From positions 1 through 55,148 of IMG/VR virus record IMGVR_UViG_3300032257_000016: a stretch of DNA of 55,148 nt. The stretch is one strand, 5' to 3'. The notes beneath the pieces are model-generated. The model made no database searches and was not told where the DNA came from. It was given only the letters and a program-made list of their open reading frames with translations. The position numbers were made by a program, and so were the translations under genes. Every line of letters starts with the position of its first letter. Positions within the stretch are counted from its first letter, which is position 1. Shown piece by piece: positions 26,092 through 38,600 of the stretch. This stretch comes from a virus (taxonomy: Duplodnaviria > Caudoviricetes).

Positions 26092-26421
26092 TTATTTGTC
26101 GCCTTTGTTTATTTCTCGACGAACCAGCATTTTTATATCGTCTTTCATTTCATCGATGCCCCTATGTATCGGACTCATGTTTTTCTCGACGATACTTATA
26201 ATTTCATCTTTATTAAAATGATTCTGCGCAAGGTGTAATTTATGCGCCACCAGGTCGCTTTTTGTTGTATCGTGAGCTTCTTTAATTGCAATCAAAGCTG
26301 CATCATGCGCAGCCTCATGGTGCGTGATTCGACTCCACATCATCTTTAGCGGTACCACCAAAACAGCCCATAAATACTGAAGCATGCTCATTAATAACCC
26401 TGGGTCATTGCTTGCTGGCAT
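26092..26421 (-). CDS. Single-TM coiled-coil protein, holin/antiholin candidate
   Basis: N-terminal hydrophobic helix; first gene of the lysis cassette; GAGG RBS before ATG26421. Confidence 0.55.
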   Translation of the reverse strand: MPASNDPGLLMSMLQYLWAVLVVPLKMMWSRITHHEAAHDAALIAIKEAHDTTKSDLVAHKLHLAQNHFNKDEIISIVEKNMSPIHRGIDEMKDDIKMLVRREINKGDK

Positions 26422-26451
26422 AATTAATATCCTCACTTTTCGATAGCCAAT

Positions 26452-26473
26452 AAAAAACCCGCCGAAGCGGGTT
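26452..26473 (-). terminator. Intrinsic terminator before the lysis cassette
   Basis: AACCCGC-TTCG-GCGGGTT-TTTT. Confidence 0.85.
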
Positions 26474-26496
26474 ACTCGTCATAATTTTTGTTTCTT

Positions 26497-26622
26497 TTAA
26501 TACATAAGTGCGGCAACTGCAGCGGCAATTATGCTAAGGAACAGGGATAAGTCCCTAATTTTTTCACTAAAGAAGGCAGCTATTATCAGTGCAAATATTA
26601 CAAAAAAAACAAAGCCGCCCAT
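26497..26622 (-). CDS. 41-aa two-TM micropeptide
   Basis: My translation: MGGFVFFVIFALIIAAFFSEKIRDLSLFLSIIAAAVAALMY; AGGTGAG upstream. Confidence 0.5.
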   Translation of the reverse strand: MGGFVFFVIFALIIAAFFSEKIRDLSLFLSIIAAAVAALMY

Positions 26623-26630
26623 AAACTCAC

Positions 26631-29600
26631 CTATTTAGGGAAATATTTTGACTGGTCGTTAAACTTGCCCTGCAGCTGCTTGACACTTGATCCTCGACCC
26701 GTCTTGCTATTTATTTCAAATTCCTTTCTGCGCCTGCGAATAGCCCTGAATACCTTACTCATTAGCAATCGCCATTCTTTAGGCGATGATTTATTCCATT
26801 CTGCGATAGCGCGTCTTGCCGCCTTTTTCTTTGCCTCGTTTTTCTCAGCAATAGCAACAGCAAGCGGGATAATCAATCTATTATGCGCAGCCCTCAAGAA
26901 CAAGGCTTCACGCCGCTGAGTATTCTTTTCCCGATACAGCTGTGACCTGGTAGACGGCTGAAACGACAAAAACTGAAATAACTTTTCAGCCGATGATGGT
27001 TCAAATGCTATTCTCACTCGACCCGCATAATCACGGTCAACGCCATCTGTAGTCAGTCTATATGATTTTAGCATATTACCGACAGCTTTCCATGGTAATG
27101 CCGTCTCAAGACCTCGAATAATATCGCCGCTGGCCTCATATTGATCGAAACCTTTGGCAACATTCCTCACAAGTCCAGCCCCAGCCCCAAGAGCATCAGT
27201 AGCCGCTTCAGTGAATCCTTTCTTAACACCCTCATTCGCCGCTACATCAAACCCACGAGACATGCCAGGAACCACTCTGCCCATACTTAGTGAGCCTGTC
27301 ATGTCAAACGGTGTATATGCCACATGACCACGAAGCATGGCTTCTGCTATCGTCTGTGCGTTCTCCTGACTGGTGAACTCGGCAGCAAGCTTCACGATGC
27401 CTTTTCTTGCCTCAAGCTCAAAATCAAGATGCTTGCCAGTCGTTTTCTGGTACATAAACTCAAGTAGCGCCCGAAGATCATCAGCGCCAGGCATGCCCAT
27501 TAGACCTGCAAGTAGGAATAATACAGCCAAAGATCTCACTGTAGCGCCAACCCCGCCACCGTTCCCGGCTAGAAACTGGAGATAGTTCAACGAAAACTGA
27601 TGGAATTGAAGTGGTACGCCGACAATACCACGGAATACAGCAGGTCGGTTATGCTTCCCATAGTCAAACTGGGTCTTTGTCACAGCTTGCTCAATAATGC
27701 CATTCTGCTTTTTAAGTTCCTCAATAGATACGTCCTTATTAAGATAATAAGCAGTAGCCACGGAAACGCGCCTATTGTATTGCTCTGCCGCAGAAAACAT
27801 AAATGTCATTGACTCAATCAGTCTACTTTGCAACCTGGTTCTTGCCAGCTTCTTACCCCGAGCAACACCGATCAAGTCACTGGTATAGGAATCCATCGTC
27901 AATCCTTCATCTTCAGCCCACTGCAGGAGTTCACGTAGCCTCCTGTCCTTCACCTTCTTTGGATTCAATGCGTCCTGAGTCGCCTGCGTTAGCGCAGCAA
28001 GGGTTTTCTTGTCGCCATACTTATTAGCAAGATATGGATATAGCGTCATTGGGATCTGCGTTAAGTTGACTGCAGCCGACTTAACATTGAATCCCATGTA
28101 CGCGCCAAAAGTGAAGCTCTTGAATGCCGCGAACTCTTCACTTGGCGTTTTCAGGTACTCAATATCCTTTGAAATATGCTCATGCAACTGGGGATACTCT
28201 TTCACATCAAGATTGCGCTGGAATTCCTGTAATTTAGGTACCCACTTCATCTTGGCAAGAAAATTACTGGATGACCAGCCATAGCTCGCAATGGTTCTTG
28301 CTACATCATCACTGTACCCAGCTGTTCCTTTTCTGTGAATAAAGCGTTTTCGGAATGATTTATCAGCAAACTCTTTCAGCATCTTCTGCTCAACTTCATC
28401 CACAAAATCACTAATTCCAGCTTCCTCAGCAGAATCAGCATAATCCTTGAGCATGGAAATCATGCGAGGATCAACAACCATTGAGTCACCGGTACGCTTC
28501 ACCAGCCTACCCACTTTGAAATTATTTTCAGGATTCTCGCGCTGTGCCTTACCTGCAGCAGCATTGCGACCAATAAGACTCTCGAATGTCTCAAACTTGA
28601 CCAGTTCACCCTCAGCATTGTATTGGCTTAATGTGAAGTTACCGAAGCGCATAAGTGGGAAATAGCCGCTTAGCTTATTGAAGTCGCTCAGAATCTTGTT
28701 GGCCAGATCCAATTTAACCTTTCCACTTGGATCACCGCTAATGATTGTTTCAGGCTTACCATTAACCAGTACAACACCAATGCGCTCAAGGAGCCTGTTT
28801 TGGTAGTCATTGGTCATTTCGTCAAAGTAAGCCCTTACTTCGTGGTACCCGGCAATTCCAGTATCATCAAGACCGCGATCTCGCAACTGGTCATCACGCC
28901 AGACAATACCCATGCCGTTATCACGTTCATGCAGGGTTCCATCAAACAGAGCTTCGTCAACCAACTTACGCTGGTCATCCTTCAGCTTGTGATATGCCTT
29001 AACGACATCATTAGTCTTTGCAAAAACCTCGTCTTTATCCATCTGCATGCGCTTGGCCATCTTCATGAATGGCTCAATAATGGGGTTTTTACGTGCGAGA
29101 TTATCCAGGGTGCCTAAATGCTTAGACCAGAATCCATATTTTTCAGTAACTTCATTGAGGATTTTACCGTCTTTGCCAAGCGATCCCTTTGTTCCGGCAA
29201 TAAAGTCTTTAATGGCCTGAAAAAAGGCGTTGGTATCAGGGCGTATTTTTTCAGCCCGTTTCTTACTGAACCTGACCCCAGCTAGGTCTTCATCAAATCC
29301 TGTTGCTTCATCATGTACAGAAGCATCTGGAATTGACCTCCCATCCGTCCGGGTTCCGCTCGCAGCCTGCGCTCGATCTCCGCCTGGACTTCGGGTGTCT
29401 GTTTCAGATTTTTGGCCACCGTTACCGGCAATGCTTGACTGTTCATAATTACTATTATAGTCGTTTTCACCGACATTTCCAGAAGATAGCGGGTTATTCG
29501 CTTCTTTTCCTGTCTTTTTGCTAAATAATGGTTGGCCAGATAAAGCAGAATCACGCATTTTATCGGTTATATCAAGCGAGTGAACTTTTTCATCAACTGA

Positions 29601-32600
29601 AGCGTCATATACGTCTTCGCCAGCAAGTTCAGAAAGAATCTCAAGCCTTTTCCCTGAGCCTTTGCGAGTAGTTATTGATGTTTCACCGACCTTAACACCC
29701 CACTTCTTGGTGTATTTGTTAACCATATTGGGCAGCATCTTGTCATAGAAAGCCGCCATGCCTTCACCACCAACCTTCATTTCAGTACCTGAAATAACGC
29801 CCTCAGATCCCTCGTCAGAAGCGATAGACTTAGCCAAATCCTTTCCAATAACAACAGCGATTCTCTTTTGATTTACGCCGTGTTCCTCTAAAGCAATCTC
29901 GGAGTTCTTTTTGTAGGCAGTTATATCATACAGGGCAGACTCACTTTCTGATGATCCTGATACACGATCCCATGAAATATTGCTGATATGGCTTGAAAGG
30001 TCGTATCGCGCTGATTGCTGATCCCCGGTTGTCCAGGTAATGCGATCAAATCCGTTTTCAGCTGCATAACGGATCATGCGTTTCATTGCCAGCATTGGCC
30101 ATGTTGTCTTGAATGGAGCGTCTGGTGCTCCCGCAGGATATTCTTTGGGTTCTATTGTCCAATCTTCTGCATTATCAAGATCAGGGAATCGCCTATTTGC
30201 TATTACTCTTTCGCCTTCCTCAATACTCCTTACCGTTTTTTCCATTCCACCTTTGGGGTTCTTTACTATGTAAACAGTTTCTGTTTTAGCATACCCATCC
30301 CTTTTTCCGTCCTGATGACGCTTACTCTGAACTTCTTCAATATGCAATACGCGATTGCCATCAACATCGGTGCGCTCATTAAATCTAGTCCACGCAACAG
30401 CAGTTCCGCCGCCTTCCTCGGAGAAGTGAACATTATCTGGCTTATACGGGTCAATCTGACCCGGCATTGACATGACCAGCTCTCGATAGTTTTTACCACC
30501 TTTAAGCTGATACCTGTCATGCTTGGTCGCGTAACTTGGTTTTTCTTCTTCATATTCAGCAGCGTCTTCGGCAGCTTCAATATAGGCATCTTGATTGACA
30601 TAAGCATATTGCTTTTCAATTTCATCGATGCTCATGTTTTCTTGAGCAGCCAGGTACTGTTTTGCCTCCATTGGAGTCCTGAACAATGATTCTCCACGCT
30701 CAGTTTCATGTATCTGAACCTGATTGGCTTGAACAAAATTAACAATATCGTCTTTAGACACCTTGCCTTTTTGCTCAGATAGCCACTCAACAAGACCAGA
30801 CCATTCAAGCTCTTCCTGTTTAAACTGACCTTTTCTCGCCCATGACTTAACCATTTCACGAAGCTGCATGGCATTGCCAGAGCCGGGAAGCTTATCAATT
30901 AAATGGTCAAGCATTTTGCTATAAAAGACAGGATCAGACGCCCCGAAGTGTATTTCCTTGCCGTCCTCAAAGGTGCGCTGCTGCTGTCCCTGCCTCATAC
31001 CTTCAGCAATAGACTGAACAAGATTCCTTAACTCTGATTTCGTTACTTTTCCAGATAGAAGCCCGTATTTGCGCAACGCATTGGCGATAATAGTAACAAT
31101 TTGATCCCATGCCCGAATGGCAAAATTTGGCTTATTTTCTGCTATATAAGCAAAGACCTCTTCCGCCATACCAGCAGGACTTAGATCATACCCATCCCGA
31201 ATTAACTGGCGATAAACTTTCTTGATTGCAGGAAGCTCACGCGAGTTATGTATCTTTCTCAGGATCGCAGTTTTAACATCCTTTTCAAATAGATTAAGGC
31301 CGTGGTGAGCCAGAGTTTCATGCAGTAGAGTTGACTCTGCCTCTGCAATGTTACGCAGGTTGCCTCTGATAACAATAACTCTTGACCGCTGTTTGTTTGA
31401 CCTGGCCGATATATAAGCACCCCTGACTCTTTCGGTGATACTTGCGCCATATTCTCCAAAAGCTGCCTCTTGGCTATCAGCGATAATGAAGTCCAGTCCA
31501 AGTTTTCCACCGAGTTCTTGTTTAAATCGTTCAATAACATCTTGAAGCTCCTGCTCTGTTACGCCGCCAGAGCGATTATTATTAGCAGAAACGGAGTGCT
31601 TTGAAAAGCTTGGCTTGCCATCAGGCGCTGAATTGCCCTTTGAAATATAAGGAGCCACAAGCTTTTCCATGCTCTCCAGTGCAAATAGCTTGTCGGTTTG
31701 GTAAATGAAGTCAACTACGCTCTTTACCTTATTCGATGGAACCTTAGCTGTTTTAACTGCGCGAGATCCCGCAAATTCATCACCAATAATAGATACAAGT
31801 TCAGTGTTTGCCCACCACTTGCCGCCAGCCTTTTTACTGCCGGCCGCAACAAGATTGAAGCTTCCGTCATAATTTGGAGTTAACCTAAGATTCCCGTCTT
31901 TTGTATGCAATCCAAGCCGGTGAACATCACTATCATAGGTATTATCATGCAGAAACTGGATAGCAACGGCTGGAGATCCAAATCTGAGCGTCTTTTTTAT
32001 GCCTGTGCTTGGATCAAAGTTCCCAGGCATCACTATTCCATCGGTAACACTACCGTCTTTCATGGTGAATCGTGCTATTTCACCTTTTGAGGTTAATGAT
32101 CCAAACGCTTTCAATAGATTTTTGGTAGCGATATATCGAATTTCTCTGTCGTTTGCAGAGTGGCCTGCCGCTTTTTTAAACAAAGCATCAATATCAGATT
32201 CCTGAGTTACACCCCCATATCCATAATGGCCTAAGTCCTGGTATCCCATGAGTCGAGATAATGGAAGCGATATTCGGCCTGTACCAGAATTAGTGCGAAT
32301 AGTAATACTGTACCCGCTTTTTACAAATGGATTGCTTGGCGATCCTTTTGTCCATTTTGACTTCACGCCAGTAACCACGCCCCTATAGTGCGCCCCATCG
32401 ATCGTATGGCTACTTGCATTCCCAATTAAATAATTTTTCTCAATGGCGCCAATAATTTGCGCGACAGATTCATCGTGACGCTGTTTTCGTGTAACAGCCC
32501 TTTGATATGAGTGTTGACGTGCCGATAAATTGTCATCAAATGGGAATGAGTTTCCTTCAGCGCCAACTTTTTCCTTATCTTCATCAGATAGCTTGCTGTA

Positions 32601-35600
32601 ACTTTCGCTTATGTTCTTGTTTATTTCAGGAACTAGCGTCTTATCATTATACTCAAGGGCAGGGGCAAGCAGGTTCATTGCATGCTCAGACGCTGTTTTA
32701 CCGTCTAATGACCTTTCAATCTCCTTCTTCACTTCTTGTGGCGTTGGAGGCAAATTTGTTCGCTTAACAGAATATTTACCGATCATTGCGTCAGACAGCA
32801 ATGGCCGTGAATTATCCGTACCTTCATCAAGTACGTGCTCTTCCAACAGCACGGCATCAAATGGAATTGTTCTTGCTATAAGCTCGTTTCTGCCATTTTC
32901 ATTCAGATATTTAATATAATCGAGATATTCAGATTCAACGCGATCATAGAACTCAGCCTGAATCTTTACTGGCATCAGAGCTAGTCTGCCAGTAGCGTTC
33001 CTAGCAACATTCTGAACGCTAGGCGTTTCACCGTCCAAGTCAAATCCGATTTGGAGAAAAGCATTAAGTTCTTTGTTTTCATCCAGGTACCTGGCAACTA
33101 CCTCGTCACCGTATTTATTCATGAAATCTACAGCTTCTACGCTGGTGTCAGAGCTTTCATTGCTCGAAGTATTAGCGTTAAGCTGCTTCATTTTCATTGC
33201 GGTAACAGCTTGAGGTCGCTTTTCAGAAGGAAGGCTTGAAGAGAATATTCTATATTCGGGCAGCACTACCTGCCCTGTCCTATTAACCCTTCCCAGCATC
33301 TGCATGAATATGTTTATATCAAGCGAAGCCTGGCCAACAATCATGTATCTTGGCCGCTGATCCTGAAACTTCTCTGAAGCATGGGCGCTAATACCTGTCG
33401 CTCCAGCTGCATTGGCAATAACAACATCGAGCGTCCCATTATTGAATTCAGATATTGTATTTACGCGACCGCCTTTCTCTTCTTTGTCAATACTGGAGAG
33501 AATTGCATTGCCTTTATCATCATACGTTACCGACCTTGTTCTTCCTGTAATCTCTTTAACCGAGTACCCTGCATCTTGAATTCGCTGTTTAATGCGGTCA
33601 ATAGGCGAGGCGCTTAGATCAGCATCGAGACTGTCAATTAAATCTTGCGCCCATTCATACGCATTCTGTGCTTCCTGTGACAGCTGATGAAGAGGAACAA
33701 TAATGCTATTCTTTTTGCCCTTATCGTCCTTATAGCTGATATTCCTTGTCCGTTTCAGATTCCGGCTTAATACCACCCTGTAATCAAACCCTGTCAGCAA
33801 GTCACCTTCTTTTAGCTTATTGAACGCAACATGATCGTCGAGAAATGAACCCATTGTGGCATCAATGGCGATAAATGGTTTTTTGCCTGCCTTTAATCCC
33901 TCAATAGCCATGTCAGCAATACGGTCTGTTTTAATAGACAGTATCATTTGTGATATTGAGTTATGCACAACCGAAGTGAAATTAGCATGATGAACGCCGG
34001 CAGAAGCATTATTGCCTGATCCAGTTGCAGACCCGCCGAATTCAGCCTCTATTTCTGCTTTAACAAGCTCGAAGTCTTTATTATGGAAAATCCTGTCGGC
34101 ATCAACGATAGCTCTTAATCGCCTGGTGACTTCATTGGAGTATTCTTCATCACGCTGCTGGCTTTTTTTGTCAGGGTCAATGTAAGTAGGTAAGTCGATA
34201 CCTTCCCATGATCGCTCTCTACGAATGAACTGCCCTGCTCGTGTCAACTGATTAGAAACCATCTCCATCAATGGGACTCCGCCGCTAACGACGGACTCCA
34301 CTAGCTCTTCCATTGTGTCGGTTGCTTTTGAAATATCAGTCAAGAAGTAGACCGGCATGTTACTCGGTCGTTTTGCATAAGTTGCTGACAAATACACAGC
34401 CCGGTCTGACTGCTCAAGAACGGCCTTTATAAATTCTCCGGTACTTGAGTCTCCTGCTGCATTATGCGATTCATCGAGAACAAACACGGCATTAGAAGCT
34501 AATGACCTTAATACATCGCGCCTTTGGTTTTCAGTGTTGATCTGGGCGTATGTTGTAAATAACGCATCAGTCCCCTTTGGTAGCGATTTTTCATTAATAA
34601 TCTTACTAAAGATCGGCTTCAATTTTCCTGCTGTCTGCTTAAATAATGCTTTTTTGGTTCCATGTTCAATAACAGCTTCGCCGGCATTGGTTAAAAGTGG
34701 AGTTATATCACTTCCAATATCCTTCAGGTCATAAAACATGTCGGTATAAAGAGTTGGTTTAACGGATATAAACACCGGCGTAAATCCATTTATTAGCGCC
34801 CATCGAATAACTGCTGCTGCTTGGCGTCCTTTACCCACACCAGTCTGATCGCCAATAATTAATGCGCCACCGGTCTTTATCTGATCGATAGCCATGGCAA
34901 CAGAGTCGATCTGTAGACCCATAAGGGCATCAAAAGCTTCATCTTTCGACTTATAGCCAAGCTCATTCACAACAAAGTCATCAATGTTCCCGTATTTTGC
35001 TACAATGTCAGATAGGGCTGCTTGCACAGCATCAGCCTGATTGGTTGGCACCAGCACATTTCCAGAAGTGTTTTCAGACATTGATGGATATGAAGTCTGG
35101 AACTCGCTTCCGGTACTCTCTTTCTTATTGGATTTATTAGGCTTTTCTGGACTCTTCTTTGATGGTGAAACTATCTTCACGATACCAGCCTTAATATCCT
35201 GCTGGAACTGCTTCAGATAAGGTCGAATTGTCTTACCCCAACGCTCTGAGGCCATCTTAATGAATGATTTAAACGCTTCTTTTAGTGATGCTGCAGATGA
35301 TAACGCATGCTCAAGAGCCTGCTTGAAAAGCGGCTGTGCTTTTTGGTAGGTTTCTTCGTTGAAGTCTTTGCGCTTGCTGAACTTAATGCCGTCTTTACCG
35401 AATAGGTCATCAAGATCATTAATAGCATCGCCAAACTCATTTTCAGCATCATCAGTGCTTTGCTCGTCTTTTCCGAACTCCGCATCCAGCAGAGAGTCAA
35501 AGTCTTCCTCTGAAAAATCCGCTGCATTTAGATCTGGCTCAAATACTCCGGTAGAGTCATTTCCTGCATCTGTCGGACTGTCGGCAGATCCTGAATTCCC

Positions 35601-38600
35601 TGTTCGTTCTCCATTAGTTCCTTCATTACCTGCCCCACTAGAGACTCCATCCCCGGCATTACTTCCACTATCACCATTCCCAGATCCGCTATTGGTGGTT
35701 CCTGTAGCCGAAACGCCTGATCCAGACTGGCCTCCACTATTTTCATTACCTGGCCTTGATCCTCCTGCTCGACCAGATCCTGTATTCGGCTTGCCAGGAT
35801 CTCCCGGTAATCCACTGGACTCGGTGCCTCCTGATTCTCCGGTATTTCCACCGCCATCAACGCCCGTTTCTCCGGTGAATCCTTCAGGCTGGGTATCCAA
35901 GGCTTCAAATTCATACCCCTGGATTTCCTGATATTTTCGATATAGCTCTTCATAACTGTTTACTCTCTTGATTGCACCACTTTTCGGTGCTTTCTTGGTT
36001 GAACTCTTCCGTCCATCAATAGCGATTATCCTGACAGGCCATCCAGCGCCCTGCCGCTTATACATATCGCCGCTTACCTCAAAATGCTCAGTAACATTAT
36101 AATGAGAATACAGGTAATTCAGGAACACGCGGTCTTTTGATGTAATCGCGCCTTCATTCTTGTTTGCTCCCAGTATAAGCGTAGCTTTACCGGTATCACT
36201 CATTTCGCTTAACGCTTTAGCGGCGATTAGATGGTCGATCTTTTCTAAAGTATAGCCGTCAAATTCTGTTTTTTCAGCCAGAGAGCCAAATGGAGGATTG
36301 GTTATAATGCTCTCAAACTTCTTATCATAAGAGAATTCATGGGTTGTAGCGTCAAAATTGGACACACTTGCATAAGGAAGGGTGTCCTTTAATCGACTAT
36401 TCCTATCCGCGTCCAGTTCATTGGCAAATACGCTGCTGCGCAGGTCTGAGTCAATAAGCAGCATGCCATTACCAGCCGTAGGCTCATAAATCCAGTCGCT
36501 ATTTTTTGTGTCAGACAGCCTGGCCGCTAAAAACGCCAGTGGCGCGGGTGTGCTATACGCCTGATTATTGGCGCTGGCTGTGGTCTGAAGATTAAGATTA
36601 GGCTGACTGTTATATAGACCGAGCAATGACTCAAATATCATCTTGTCGCCGACTTGTTCCGATTTTCCGCCACGGAATTCGCTATGGTCTTTAATTATAG
36701 CTCTTGATCGCATGACTATCGCAGCCTCAAGATCTTCCTGAGCCTGCTTCAATCTTGCGTGGTCAATGTCTTTTACCGGTACGCCATCATGCTCTGCAAC
36801 CAGCTTCTTGAGTGCATTGTTGTCTTTGGGCATGCTTCCGTCATAAATGGCGCGATATAATTTTCGTATAAGGTCGTTACCGCCGAGAATGCCAATACTT
36901 AAATCATCTTCTTCTCTTGATTTTTCGTCCCTTATCGCTTTAATCCAGGCATCAATCATACCCTCTACTTTTAATCTTAGTTTGGTTACTTGGGTTTTAA
37001 TATCAGCTGACTCATAATCGCTGTTAACAGAAACACCTTTGCTGTCAAAAGTTATGTTTTCCATTAAGCCAGCAAAAAGATCCTGCATGGCTTTACGCTC
37101 TTTGGAATTCGGGTAAGGTCTACCCTTATATAATGGCTTTCCGATCTTGTCAGCCTCAACCCAATCTGAGACAAGGTAAGTATTTTCATCACCAGTTAGA
37201 ACATCATAAATATAAGACTCCCCCGCCCTGGCGAACAATTCTTCTCGATTGTTCCAGTATGGTCTTTTCTTATTCCCGCCTTTTTCGATTTCGTCAGCAT
37301 CGTTCTTATAATCAGTCTGTTTTGTCAGAGATAGGCGACGAAGAGCCATTCTTGTGCTCTCGTTGGGAGAATACCGGCTATGCTTTCTGCCCTTGATATA
37401 CCAGTAGCGATTACCAGTAAGATAAGGATGCAGCTCTTTCTTTATGCCGTCAATGGTCTTAATTCTCTCAGATAGCGCGTCAACAATATCGCTAACAATA
37501 GAGGACTGATTATCGCTAAGCAAAGAACTACGCAAAGCATAATCCAGAGCATGAAACCACTCGTGAGCAACAGATCCATCACCACGAGTCTTGGTTACAT
37601 TGATAACCGGCACTGTGCCGCCTTTAGGGTGAGGATGACTTGGGCTATAGTGCGCAGAATGGCGACCCCGACCAAGTGCACCAATCGTAAAATGAAGCGT
37701 CCCTCCAAGAGAAATGTCTTTAGGCTTGATTCCGAGCGTATCAGCAAGATCCATGAATGCGTCATAAGCAAAATTTGCCCGTTCCTGACCCTCTTTAGAT
37801 CTAACGTATTTTCCGCCAGTTACCGCAGCAAACCCAAACTTCTTACCAATGTCCTCAAGCGTTACGTCTTCACCATTCCTGTGATCCGTTTTAAATCCAC
37901 TGCGCTTTATCGGTAATGATGGACGCCTTAACGGCTTCCTTCTTCCTGTGCTGCTTTCACTGTCCTCATTTTTCAACAATTCGCCTAAGTTATATCCAGG
38001 ATCGTATCTATTTCCATCGGGATCAATCCTTAATGCGTAGGATTGGTGATAAAAGTTACCCCTAAAAACATCGATAAATGAGGCTCTGACTTTATCAAGA
38101 TAGTCGCCAAACGACTCTGCTGCAGATCGAATATTATCTTTTCCTGAAACAGCCTGCGCGATAGCAGAAACATGATCGATATACTCTTTAGCAAGCTCTT
38201 TGATTTCATCAAGACCGCCATCCTTTCTTGATTTTTCGCTGATAACAGTCTTAAATGACTTCTGCCAAGACCGTCTACCGCCGCCAAATTGATGGCCAAT
38301 CCATTCTGAAACTGGTTCAATTCCATTGCGAATTGTCTCAAGATAGCCAGTCAATCCTAGAGTTGCATTTTCACCAGTAACAATAGGAAACACATTAGGT
38401 CTTGACGCGGCGTTCAGTATATCTTTAACGGCCTTATCCAGATTGGCGTCGTCAGCATCATCTATCTTGCGTGTGGCTTCATCCTGCGCCCGGCGAAGTT
38501 CTTCACCGTAATTCTTTAGCTTTTCACCGCGATCAGCATTCTCGGCCTTGCGCTTTTCTTTTTCAGCCTTATTGAATGCTGCTTTTGCTTTCCGGCTCAC

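Noticed and set aside
35359-35931. 190-aa plus-strand ORF and many other antisense ORFs in the track (e.g. 17926..18480, 1692..2060)
   Set aside because: They are shadows of low-complexity or long genes on the opposite strand, with no RBS or motif support
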